DNA of 35,964 nucleotides from Promethearchaeota archaeon. Lineage in GTDB: Archaea > Asgardarchaeota > Lokiarchaeia > Sigyniarchaeales > SOKP01. The stretch's first letter is position 1, and each line of letters starts with the position of its first letter. Below the pieces are notes generated by a model. It did no database searches, was not told the DNA's origin, and was given only the letters and a program-made list of their open reading frames with translations. Below, in pieces: positions 1 to 9,120 of this stretch. The translations under genes and the position numbers were made by a program. Location of the stretch: the NCBI GenBank assembly GCA_016839745.1, contig JAEOTS010000013.1:1-35964 (forward strand), given 5' to 3'.

Positions 1-1
1 A

Positions 2-46
2 AAGGAATTAGGAGATACCGACTATCAAGATATTACTTTTATTTAA
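2..46 (+). CDS. Possible 3' end of a gene truncated by the window edge (KELGDTDYQDITFI*)
   Basis: Frame 2 is open from the edge to TAA at 44-46 and is followed directly by a long T-rich tract resembling an archaeal terminator. Confidence 0.35.
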   Translation, partial: KELGDTDYQDITFI

Positions 47-70
47 TTATTTTTATTTTTTTTATTTATT
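47..70 (+). terminator. Oligo-T terminator-like tract
   Basis: ttatttttatttttttttatttatt directly after the putative stop, in the gap towards the convergent V4R gene. Confidence 0.35.
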
Positions 71-188
71 AGAAGAAGTTTGTAAATTAAGAATATTTAG
101 TTGTTTTTCTAAAAATGATATAATTTAAACTATATTTTCATACAAGTTAGCACAAATTATTAACATTTGATAGACATTTGATTTTAAA

Positions 189-668
189 TTAATCTTTTTG
201 AAACACAATCATAAATTCGCAATGATTTTTTCCTGATTGTAAGCTGCAATCTACTTCTTGAGCAAAACAATGTATGTTAGTCATTTTTTCAACTAAACCT
301 GCTAGCAAACCTGCTTCAAAGGAACAAAAACTTCCCTCTGTTTTAATTCCTCTATTGATAAGATCCTTTATTGAAGAATGCCCTTTAAGTTTCAATTGAA
401 CTATTTCTTCTGAACTTTCTGTTATTTCAATTTCTCCAATATTAAATTCATTAATTTTCTCTTTTATAGCCTCAGGTATAGTTTTAACATCTTCAATTGG
501 TTTTACATTTAAATGTGTACCTAACTCATGGCCTAAATAGTAAAATATAGCCTCTAACTGGTGACCAAGAGCTAATAATGCTCCTACCTTCATATCTCCA
601 ATCTCCTTTCCTGACTTCAAATGTTCCCTCATTTGCACTAAAATTTTTGAAAGTAATTGACGATCCAT
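189..668 (-). CDS. V4R (4-vinyl reductase; HNOB/Bet3-like fold) domain protein
   Basis: Motifs FYYLGHELG, GSFCSFEAGLLAGLVE and EVDC...HCEF match the V4R Cys/Glu/Cys/Cys pattern. AAGGAG lies upstream. Confidence 0.85.
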   Translation of the reverse strand: MDRQLLSKILVQMREHLKSGKEIGDMKVGALLALGHQLEAIFYYLGHELGTHLNVKPIEDVKTIPEAIKEKINEFNIGEIEITESSEEIVQLKLKGHSSIKDLINRGIKTEGSFCSFEAGLLAGLVEKMTNIHCFAQEVDCSLQSGKNHCEFMIVFQKD

Positions 669-702
669 TTTTTTTACACTCTCCTTCTTTTAAAATTTTT
701 TT

Positions 703-993
703 TTAAATTTTTACGGAGGAAATAAATCCATACAATATAGCGTCAATAATATCTTCCTCCTGAATATTGACACACAATCTTTTATCTGCCACAATAATTG
801 TCGGTAATGAAGTGATCTTATATTCTTTAGTTAAATGGTAATGTTTCACTACATCTATTTTTTCGATATACAATTTCTTTCCAAACATTGAAATATTAAT
901 TCTCTTTAGCATTTCTTCTATTGGTAAGCACGGTCCGCAATGAGACGATGAAAAGAATAAAATTTTCGGATAACCTTTCTGGAACTTTTCTAA
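703..993 (-). CDS. Thioredoxin-fold protein with CGPC active site (about 96 aa; extended beyond the ORF-track start at 912)
   Basis: The frame upstream of ATG912 reads LEKFQKGYPKILFFSSSHCGPCLPIEE. CGPC is at 939-928 and the cis-Pro motif ITSLPT is present. AGGTGA at 1005-1000 lies 6 nt before TTA993, and an in-frame TGA at 1002-1000 bounds the ORF. Confidence 0.85.
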   Translation of the reverse strand, partial: LEKFQKGYPKILFFSSSHCGPCLPIEEMLKRINISMFGKKLYIEKIDVVKHYHLTKEYKITSLPTIIVADKRLCVNIQEEDIIDAILYGFISSVKI

Positions 994-1035
994 CTTAAAT
1001 CACCTTTAAAATGCTACTAGAATTGTTAACTAATA

Positions 1036-1584
1036 TTATAGGTCCTTATATTTCTCATAAAGATTTTTAATTATCGCTTGAAATGCTTCATATACGCCGG
1101 TCCCTGTTTTTGCACTAGTTTTATAAAATCCCAGAAAATCTCTTTTATCAACTATGTCCTCTATCTTGTCACTATCAATTGAACTTTTATCTATCAAATC
1201 GATCTTGTTTCCGAATAATACAATTGGAATATCACCACAATATTTTTTAATATCTTCGTGCCAATCGAAGATGTGATCAAAACTCTTCTCAAGTTCATCT
1301 GGTGCATTAGAAAAAACTATAATCGCAGCTTTACTTCCCTTGTAAAATGTTGGTCTCATAAAAGAAAATTCTGCTTGACCTGCAATATCCCAAAAAAACA
1401 ATTTTACTGCGCTCCCTTCTATTTTTTCGTCATATTTGGAGAATTGAGCCCCTAAAGTTTTAATATACTCCTTTTTAAAACTTCCTTTAGTATATTTTTT
1501 AATTAAGGAGGTTTTGCCTACACCACCATCTCCAATAACAGTAATTTTGAAAACAAAATCCTTCCTTTCGTCACTATCGCTCAT
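1036..1584 (-). CDS. Rab-like small GTPase
   Basis: G1 GDGGVGKT, G2 KTLG, G3 WDIAGQ, G4 GNKID, G5 TSAK. No C-terminal prenylation Cys. Confidence 0.93.
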   Translation of the reverse strand: MSDSDERKDFVFKITVIGDGGVGKTSLIKKYTKGSFKKEYIKTLGAQFSKYDEKIEGSAVKLFFWDIAGQAEFSFMRPTFYKGSKAAIIVFSNAPDELEKSFDHIFDWHEDIKKYCGDIPIVLFGNKIDLIDKSSIDSDKIEDIVDKRDFLGFYKTSAKTGTGVYEAFQAIIKNLYEKYKDL

Positions 1585-1767
1585 AAAATCACATTATAGT
1601 TTTTATTCAATATGTTCTTGCAGTTTCTTATACATCTTTAAAATATAAATTATAAATATTATTTTTTATTTATATTGCTTTTTATTATTAAATGGTTTGC
1701 TTTAATTCTTAAAGAATTTTATCAAATTAACTAGATAAAAGTAATCGTAAAACTTGATAGAAATATA

Positions 1768-2241
1768 ATGGATCGTTTAGGTATTATCGAAGAAATCGTC
1801 GTCAATTTTACAAAGAGTAAAATTACACTAGCAGTTGCTGAATCTTGTACAGGAGGGTATATATCAAATATGATAACTAATATTCCTGGTGCTTCTAACG
1901 TTTTTGAACGAGGAATAATTTGCTATAGTAATTTATCTAAAATTACTCTTTTGAACATCGATCCCGATTATTTAATTCAGTATGGAGCAGTATCAGAAAT
2001 AGTCGCTAAACATTTGGCTAATAATATTAGAATTCTTTCAAATGTTACTATTGGAATAGGAATTACAGGGATCGCAGGACCTACAGGTGGTACGCCTGAA
2101 AAGCCAGTAGGTTTAGTGTATATTGGTTTTTCCACTCAGAAGGAAACACTCGTAAAGAAATATCAATTTAAGGCTAATCGTATTACATTTAAAGAAAAAG
2201 TCTTAGAAAAGATACTCACTTTACTTCAAAATTTCGCATGA
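1768..2241 (+). CDS. pncC: Nicotinamide mononucleotide deamidase (CinA C-terminal / PncC family)
   Basis: AVAESCTGG, PGAS, YSNLSK, YGAVS, GITGIAGPTGGTPEKPVGLVYIG. Confidence 0.92.
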   Translation: MDRLGIIEEIVVNFTKSKITLAVAESCTGGYISNMITNIPGASNVFERGIICYSNLSKITLLNIDPDYLIQYGAVSEIVAKHLANNIRILSNVTIGIGITGIAGPTGGTPEKPVGLVYIGFSTQKETLVKKYQFKANRITFKEKVLEKILTLLQNFA

Positions 2242-2337
2242 AGATTCAAGATCATTATTTAATTTCTTTTATTTCATATCTTTTTATAGATTGAGTAAAA
2301 AGAAAGAATAAGCAATAAAAATGTTGAGCTTATTCGA

Positions 2338-3528
2338 ATGAATCTACTTAAAACAAATTACATTTCGTTTTTCGTAGTCTATTTCATTATTAGCCTGATT
2401 AACACATTTGTAATTTTATACATCCCCGTCTTCATGCTAATTATTTTAGATGTGAATAGAATTGAGTTAGCCTTCGTTCAATTTCTTTCCTATCTCACAC
2501 TCTTTTTAGGACCAATCACAGGCTTGTTTTTTGACAAATTTTCGCATAAGAAGAAAAAACTCATTTTGGTCTCAAGCGTGTTTCTTTTCTTCAGCTTTTC
2601 GTTTTTTAATTTAAATATTGATAATTTGTCTTATTTCGGAATATTTCTGGCTTTAAATTTTACTAGTAGACTAATCATTAAAGCAGGAATGAGTAAATTA
2701 ATGTTGGAAGCCTCAGAACAAAAAGATATAAAAAAAAATATAATTTTAATTTCAAATGTTAGTGCATCTTTTGGAAGTATCGTTCCAATATTTATGTTTA
2801 ATGTTCTAATTTTTGATATAAATTCTATTAGTTTGTGGTCTACATTTTTTAATCTTTGTTGGATGATGTCTTTTCCTATTTTAATTACCTTTTTTTTAAT
2901 TAAGGATGAACAACTGATTATAGATGATAAAATAAAAAATACGATTTTAGACCCAGTAGATAATAAAAAAAGAAATAGTCAATTCGGATTATTACTAACA
3001 TTTTTAACTAACTTTTTAATATGGGGTGATAAACTAATCGAATTTCCATTCACCTCGTGGATTCTCACCAAATTTGGAGAATCCGGATTTTTTAATTACT
3101 CTTATTTCTTTTTCATCTTTACATATTTATACATAGGGGGGTGGTTTATTTCAAGGCGTCTCATAAACCAATATAAATCGAGAATACACCTTTCAATTTC
3201 AATTGTCATCTACGCTTCGTTAATGTTCTCTCTCATATTTTGCGATTTAACAACATTCTTATTAATTACAGCTGCAAATAAAATAGTTACAGGGGTTATG
3301 ATGTCGCAGCTAACTGAAAGAAATATTAACATTTCAAAGTTGAGCAAAAATACTGCTCTTTCGTATGAAATGATAAGGAGTTCGAGTTTATTAGCAAGTT
3401 TCATATTTGTACCTTTAGGGACACTTTTAAGTTCTTATGTTTCTATTGAAAATTTAGTTATAGCAGTAGTCTTTATGTCTCTGCTTTCAATAACGCCGAT
3501 TTTCTTCCAAAAATCTAAGATATATTAA
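2338..3528 (+). CDS. MFS-type transporter
   Basis: 396 aa with about 12 hydrophobic segments and a motif-A-like GLFFDKFSHKKK. Confidence 0.75.
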   Translation: MNLLKTNYISFFVVYFIISLINTFVILYIPVFMLIILDVNRIELAFVQFLSYLTLFLGPITGLFFDKFSHKKKKLILVSSVFLFFSFSFFNLNIDNLSYFGIFLALNFTSRLIIKAGMSKLMLEASEQKDIKKNIILISNVSASFGSIVPIFMFNVLIFDINSISLWSTFFNLCWMMSFPILITFFLIKDEQLIIDDKIKNTILDPVDNKKRNSQFGLLLTFLTNFLIWGDKLIEFPFTSWILTKFGESGFFNYSYFFFIFTYLYIGGWFISRRLINQYKSRIHLSISIVIYASLMFSLIFCDLTTFLLITAANKIVTGVMMSQLTERNINISKLSKNTALSYEMIRSSSLLASFIFVPLGTLLSSYVSIENLVIAVVFMSLLSITPIFFQKSKIY

Positions 3529-4709
3529 TTAACCAGTTTGCCATTATCCATTACTTGTTTTTTGGTTCCATCCTTATATTCAACAGTAATGTTAGCTTGA
3601 GGAGCAGTAACAAAATCCCAGTGAACCTGCGAGACAGAAGTACCTCCCATCATTTTATTGCTACCAAAAGCCACGTGTACGCTTCCGTTAATCTTTTCGT
3701 CTGTGAGGATATAACCAACTGCTTTTGTGATTTCGGGATTGCACCCAATTCCTAATTCAGCAACATTGTAAGTTCGTATTTCAGGTAAATTCTTTTCCAC
3801 ATCCATTTTTTCACTTTGCTTAAAAGTGTTAACTAAATCGCTTAGATTCTCATCAGCAGTAACTTCATCAATTAATAATTGCCCATTCTTAAACTTTAGA
3901 TATATATTTTTAATAATTTTATTACTAAGTCTATCTCTCGTTAATGGACAAAAAAGAGTTCCTTCTCCTATTTTCTCGTGTGGAGGAAAAAATATTTCAC
4001 CAGCTGGTAAATTCCCACCCAATAAACCTAGAGCTATCCTGTCATCTGATAATAAACCATTATCTTGAATTTTAGCACGATCTTGGATATTTACCCAAAA
4101 ATCAGTTCCTAAATCATCCGTAACATAGACTTTCTTCGCGTCATCGAAATAGCTACCTAAATTTTCCGTAATTTCATTCATTTTCTCTTGAGGGACGCTT
4201 ATACCACCTACAATGAATTTCTCTAATAAATCGTACTCAATACCATAATAATTAGCAGCTTTCTTTGATGGCCACCCTGCATAGCACCATTTCTTACCTG
4301 GTGCATATTCTTCTTTCATACCATAAAGAACATCCTTTATGGGTGCGAAGTACTTTATTTTTGCATTCAATTTCTCTCTCGATGCTCTGCTACGAACTCC
4401 AGGATCTTCATCAGGTTCAATTACAATATAGGCGTCAATATTTTCAATCAATTTTAAATAATGGAGAGGTGTAATCTCTAAAATTTCACTACTAATGCTG
4501 GAGTCTTGGAAAACTGTTTCATTGTAGTAATCGCTAGTGGATGTGATTATAGGGATCCCATCATTTCTATAGACCTCTAATGCTATTTCTTCTAAAAGGT
4601 CTTGAGAATAAACACCTCCTCTTATTAAAACATTTTCACCTTTATTCTTAATATTAATAGCTTTAACAATGTTCTTAGCACACAACTTAATTTTTTCTTT
4701 TTCAACCAT
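3525..4709 (-). CDS. Aminopeptidase, peptidase M29 (AmpS/PepS) family
   Basis: GNLPAGEIF, AELGIGCN, DEKINGSVHVAFG and VHWDFV supply the metal-binding motifs. Confidence 0.88.
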   Translation of the reverse strand: MVEKEKIKLCAKNIVKAINIKNKGENVLIRGGVYSQDLLEEIALEVYRNDGIPIITSTSDYYNETVFQDSSISSEILEITPLHYLKLIENIDAYIVIEPDEDPGVRSRASREKLNAKIKYFAPIKDVLYGMKEEYAPGKKWCYAGWPSKKAANYYGIEYDLLEKFIVGGISVPQEKMNEITENLGSYFDDAKKVYVTDDLGTDFWVNIQDRAKIQDNGLLSDDRIALGLLGGNLPAGEIFFPPHEKIGEGTLFCPLTRDRLSNKIIKNIYLKFKNGQLLIDEVTADENLSDLVNTFKQSEKMDVEKNLPEIRTYNVAELGIGCNPEITKAVGYILTDEKINGSVHVAFGSNKMMGGTSVSQVHWDFVTAPQANITVEYKDGTKKQVMDNGKLVN

Positions 4710-4899
4710 ATTTGATTAAAATCTTTCTCTTTAATATAAGTTCTCTGAAATTCAACATTCAATTTAAGCGAGATTCTAAACGGTAATTTTATCAACATTA
4801 GATTTATTACAAAGAATTGTCTTAATTAAAATATCAGTAGAATGAATTCTTTATAAGATCACCTAAAATTTTTGTTTTAATATTGAGCAAGATGGAATT

Positions 4900-5364
4900 A
4901 TGGTTATACGAGAAGTAGGTTTATTATTTCGTGGTTTTTCATTAGTAAAGAAAAGTTATCATAAAACTACTTTAGGAAAAATTGATGCTGATCTTAGAAG
5001 TGGATTGCTTACTGCTCTCTTAAATTTTGCGGAAACGGCATTTTCTACGGGAACCGTAGAATATTTTCAAGGAAACCGATTTACAATTGCGTTTATTAAC
5101 GCAAGAATCCTTTCAGATGACAGTTTGGAACCAGAATTATTAGTTTCATATGCGATCATAGATAGACAAAAAAAAATCGATAAATATATCCGCAAAATCG
5201 TTAATCCTTTATTAACTAAGGTTGCCAATGAATTCAAATCGCAATATGAAGGGAAAAATTTATCCGAAGTTACTCAATTTAAAAATTTTAAGAAATCCCT
5301 TGATGTAATTTTTGGTTCAAATACTAAAAAAGTTGATCAGAAACTAGATGGACTATTTTTTTAG
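4900..5364 (+). CDS. Stand-alone longin-like domain protein (Asgard type)
   Basis: N-terminal beta hairpin (IREVGLLFRGFSLV), helix DADLRSGLLTALLNFAETAF, three strands and a C-terminal helix (ANEFKSQY). This matches the longin/roadblock-like pattern. Confidence 0.6.
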   Translation: MVIREVGLLFRGFSLVKKSYHKTTLGKIDADLRSGLLTALLNFAETAFSTGTVEYFQGNRFTIAFINARILSDDSLEPELLVSYAIIDRQKKIDKYIRKIVNPLLTKVANEFKSQYEGKNLSEVTQFKNFKKSLDVIFGSNTKKVDQKLDGLFF

Positions 5365-5386
5365 ATTTTTTAGCAGGTAATTGAGC

Positions 5387-6337
5387 TTAATTTTTCGATC
5401 TTGATCTCAATAAATACCAAAATATTAAAGGTAGAGCAATTGTAGCATCAGCTATAACTGTTGAAAACTTTGCCTTCTCATTTACTTTCCCCCATGAAAT
5501 TGCTTCGTGTAAAGTCGCCCCACTAAGACCACCTTGTTCCGGACGATCCATAGTTATCTGAATTGCATATTGCGCAGAATTAGGGCAAAATTGAAGCGAT
5601 TGCATTATAAAATTCTTAGGAACTCCTCCACCGACAATACATATCCCCGCATGTTTAGTATCCCAAGCTAAATCTACCATCTTTAACATGTCTTTGAAAT
5701 GGTTAAGGTTTAAATTTTGGTGATGAAATCCTAATTGCAGTGCTAAACCTGAATCAGTGAAAGCGGGACAAAAAATTGGGATATTTTTTTCTGCACAAAT
5801 CTTTAAAATTGACTTATCATTTTTAGGAAGATTATCTCCAAGAAATTTTAAAAATGAGCTTACGGGCATATTTCCGTCAGGAATTTCCAATTTTGATACG
5901 AAATCCTCAATACCCTCGTAAACCTTGTTTGGTAAGAATACATCGTAGATTCTGTTTAACTCTTGGTTATGCAACTCAGAATCATCAATTTCTTTTGCGC
6001 TTAATTCCCCCTGCAAATGATGATAACCTAAGGTTTCTGCAATGTCGTGAGTTAAAGAAGCACCTGTAGTAACAAGAACATCTATAAATCCCTCTTCTAT
6101 AAAATCGTGGATAACTTTTTGCATTCCTGCGGGAACTAATGCTCCAGCAAGACCAAAAAATTTAACACAGTTCTTATCTTGAATCATTTTTTTATAGATC
6201 TCACAAGCTACAGCTAAACGTTTAGCGTTAAATCCCGTTTCTTTTAAAGATAAAATAAGGTCAACAATATCATCCTTCTCATCTATCCTAAATTGACGTA
6301 CCTTCCTCATTTTTTCTTTAATATCTTCATTTGGCAT
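5387..6337 (-). CDS. dys: Deoxyhypusine synthase
   Basis: GALVPAG, VTTGASLTHD, RIYDV, CPAFTDS, GGGVPKNF, GGLSGATLHEAISWGKV (active-site Lys), DATIALP. Start is ATG6337, with GTG6346 as the alternative. Confidence 0.95.
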   Translation of the reverse strand: MPNEDIKEKMRKVRQFRIDEKDDIVDLILSLKETGFNAKRLAVACEIYKKMIQDKNCVKFFGLAGALVPAGMQKVIHDFIEEGFIDVLVTTGASLTHDIAETLGYHHLQGELSAKEIDDSELHNQELNRIYDVFLPNKVYEGIEDFVSKLEIPDGNMPVSSFLKFLGDNLPKNDKSILKICAEKNIPIFCPAFTDSGLALQLGFHHQNLNLNHFKDMLKMVDLAWDTKHAGICIVGGGVPKNFIMQSLQFCPNSAQYAIQITMDRPEQGGLSGATLHEAISWGKVNEKAKFSTVIADATIALPLIFWYLLRSRSKN

Positions 6338-6347
6338 TATTTTCACT

Positions 6348-7250
6348 TTATTTACTTTTGGAGATAAAAGAAATCAATTCAATTATTAATTTAGCTGCCA
6401 AATTGGAAGTCATGTTATTAGGTAAATCCAAATTGGGAGAAACTTCGACTAAATCAAAACCAACTATGCTAAGATTTTTTGTCAGTTTTCTCAAGATTTT
6501 CCACAATTCACGATAAGAAAATCCTCCAGGTATTGCATATCCTGTCCCAGGAGCGATAGAAGGGTCTAAAACATCGATATCAATTGAAAGATAAATGCTT
6601 TTTGTGTTAGATTTTTTAAAAAAATCGATAATTTTATCGCCGAATGCATCGATTCCAACATCGTGGAGCAGGTAAGCGTTTAAATGGGTAATATGCTCGT
6701 TTTTTGCTACATCTAACTCTGGAACATCAATATCTCTCGTTCCAACAATAAGAAAGTTGTTCTTTGATATATAATCTAAATCAAAAATTCGGTGTGAGAC
6801 TGTTGCGTGAGAATATTTACCCTTATCATAATTTTCATATAAATCAAGATGAGCGTCAAAGATTAGAACTCCAAATTCGCTTTTATTATCAAAAGAATCT
6901 CCTATTGCTTTAATTACCGGAAATGTGCAAAAATGGTCTCCTCCAACAACTATAGGGATTACCTCTTTTTTTTTATTATATATAGATTTTACAAAATTAA
7001 CAATTTCTATAATATTCTTCTCTATGTTAACAGGCTCAATCGAAATATTTCCTAAATCAACAACTTTTAATTTAGGTATTTCAATCCCCATTTCAGTTGT
7101 TAATGCTAAATTCTCTGAAATTTCACGTATTTTTTGCGGTGCTCTTGCTGAATCAACAACTTTTAGAGAACTTAAGAAATCCCAGGGGATTCCAAAAAAC
7201 ACAAATTCAGTATTCTTATCAATTGTTTCACCAAAATCAAAAAAAGTCAA
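6348..7250 (-). CDS. speB: Agmatinase (ureohydrolase family)
   Basis: GGDH, DAHLD, SIDIDVLDPSIAPGTG, DLVEVSP. Confidence 0.9.
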   Translation of the reverse strand: MTFFDFGETIDKNTEFVFFGIPWDFLSSLKVVDSARAPQKIREISENLALTTEMGIEIPKLKVVDLGNISIEPVNIEKNIIEIVNFVKSIYNKKKEVIPIVVGGDHFCTFPVIKAIGDSFDNKSEFGVLIFDAHLDLYENYDKGKYSHATVSHRIFDLDYISKNNFLIVGTRDIDVPELDVAKNEHITHLNAYLLHDVGIDAFGDKIIDFFKKSNTKSIYLSIDIDVLDPSIAPGTGYAIPGGFSYRELWKILRKLTKNLSIVGFDLVEVSPNLDLPNNMTSNLAAKLIIELISFISKSK

Positions 7251-7275
7251 GATTAAATTCCTTTATTTATGTAAA

Positions 7276-9000
7276 TTACATTTGATTTAATATATCTATT
7301 CCTAATATGTCTAATCCAATTTTTATTACGATTTGAACGCATCTTATTAGTAAAAGTCTACTTTTTTCTAATTCTTTATTATCAGATAATACCTGGCATG
7401 AAGAATAAAATGAATTGAAAGCTTGACACAAAGTTAAAAGATATTGAGGGATAAGATGGATGTTGTAATTCAATCTTATAGAATCTAATATTTCTGGGAA
7501 ATAATTTAATTGTTTAACCAAGAAGACCTCTTTATCGTGATTAATTAAGTCCCAATTAACATCCAAACCAATATTTTCTTTGGATTTAGTTAAAATTGAT
7601 TCAATTCTTGCATAACAGTATTGAATATAAGGACCTGTTTCGCCCTCAAATGAAATACTCTCTTTAGGATTGAATATAAATTCGGACTTAGGGTTAAATT
7701 TCAAGATAAAAAACGACAATGCCGCCAAACCAATTGCGTTTGCTCTTTCTTTTTTTTCTTGTTTTGTGAGCTCCGGATATCTTCTATCCACTTCTTCGTA
7801 AGCTAATGTTTGCATTTTATTAATTATATCATCGGCATCTACGACTGTTCCTTCCCTGCTTTTCATTTTTCCTTCTGGTAAATAAACCATACCATATGAA
7901 AGATGAAATTTATCTTCCTTAAACCCAATCAAGTCTAAAACAGCAAATAACTGCTTAAAGTAAAGGTCTTGTTCATTTCCCACCACATAAATCGATTTAT
8001 TGTAATTAAAATCTTCTTTTTTTTGAAATGCTAAGAAAATATCTTGAGTAATATATAACGATGTACCATCTCGTCTCAATAAAATTTTATTTGGTAGGTT
8101 AAATTTCTCTTCTAAGAATGCAATAACAGCACCATCTTCAGTTTTACTAAAAATTCCTTTATCTAATCCTTCAATTATTTTTTCTTTACCCTTCCAATAG
8201 ATATCCGACTCAAAATATTCCTTATCAAAAGACAATTTTAAAGTATTATAAGTTTCTTCGAAACCTTTATAAGCCCAATTGTTCATTTTTTTCCAAAGTG
8301 CTCTGGTTTGTGGATCATTCTCTTCCCATAACCTAAGCAGATCGTATACTTTCTCAATTATCTTACTATCTTTTTGTTCCATTTGAGTGTATTTGACATA
8401 GAAATCTCCTACAAAATGATCCGACTTTTTATCCGGGTCTTTCCCATCTCCCCAATTCTTGTACGCGAACATTGATTTACAGATATGAATGCCTCGATTG
8501 TTGCTTAAATTGACATCAAACACTTTATCTCCTTTATACTTTAAAAGATTCGATAAAGTACGACCTAATAGCATATTCCGGATGTGTCCGAAGTGGAGAG
8601 GCTTATTAGTATTCGGGGAGGGGTATTCTATTACTATTCTTGAAGATTTTGATGTAGAACTTTTTAACTTTTCATATATCCTCCCGTAGTCTTCTTGAAG
8701 AGTAAAAATATTCTGTAAAATTTGTTCTGGCTTCACTCTAAAATTTAAGTAAGGACCCGTTGCTTCGATGCCTTCTAAGTAATTAGGTAACTTCATACTT
8801 TTCTTTAATTCATTAGCTATATCATTGGGTGCTTTCCTTTCAAAGTTTGCGAGCTGAAAACAAGGAAATGCGTAACTAAAATCAAACTCCGGAGGTGGTA
8901 TCTCAACTAAATTCTCTATTTCTTTCACTGAGATACTTGTGATATATTCGCTTAAATATTCGGCAATTGTTTTCTTATCGACGATAATCATTTTTAACAA
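7276..9000 (-). CDS. argS: Arginyl-tRNA synthetase
   Basis: SPNTNKPLHFGHIRN (HIGH), RRDGTSLY, YVVGNEQ, KMKSREG, TGPYIQYCYARI. Start is TTG9000 or ATG8991. Confidence 0.96.
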   Translation of the reverse strand: MLKMIIVDKKTIAEYLSEYITSISVKEIENLVEIPPPEFDFSYAFPCFQLANFERKAPNDIANELKKSMKLPNYLEGIEATGPYLNFRVKPEQILQNIFTLQEDYGRIYEKLKSSTSKSSRIVIEYPSPNTNKPLHFGHIRNMLLGRTLSNLLKYKGDKVFDVNLSNNRGIHICKSMFAYKNWGDGKDPDKKSDHFVGDFYVKYTQMEQKDSKIIEKVYDLLRLWEENDPQTRALWKKMNNWAYKGFEETYNTLKLSFDKEYFESDIYWKGKEKIIEGLDKGIFSKTEDGAVIAFLEEKFNLPNKILLRRDGTSLYITQDIFLAFQKKEDFNYNKSIYVVGNEQDLYFKQLFAVLDLIGFKEDKFHLSYGMVYLPEGKMKSREGTVVDADDIINKMQTLAYEEVDRRYPELTKQEKKERANAIGLAALSFFILKFNPKSEFIFNPKESISFEGETGPYIQYCYARIESILTKSKENIGLDVNWDLINHDKEVFLVKQLNYFPEILDSIRLNYNIHLIPQYLLTLCQAFNSFYSSCQVLSDNKELEKSRLLLIRCVQIVIKIGLDILGIDILNQM

Positions 9001-9120
9001 AGGAGACAGTTCCTAAATTTAAAATACTTACTGTATGTAACTTTTATCTGTTTTGTTAAATATATTTAGAATAACTCATAAAATTTTTGATATTCTATTA
9101 ATTAAAGGGTTGATTTGTTT

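Noticed and set aside
703-912. 69-aa ORF as called by the ORF track; also a superficial KaiB resemblance
   Set aside because: It is an N-terminally truncated call. The upstream CGPC motif indicates a thioredoxin, and no kaiC is present.
1000-1002. In-frame TGA upstream of the thioredoxin (and at 19087-19089 for fadD) as possible selenocysteine or readthrough
   Set aside because: In both cases the TGA is part of the SD-like motif, lies outside the homologous domain and is not at a catalytic position. I saw no SECIS-like hairpin.
3525-3528. Overlapping stop codons (TTAA) of the convergent MFS and aminopeptidase genes
   Set aside because: This is common in compact AT-rich genomes and carries no further signal.
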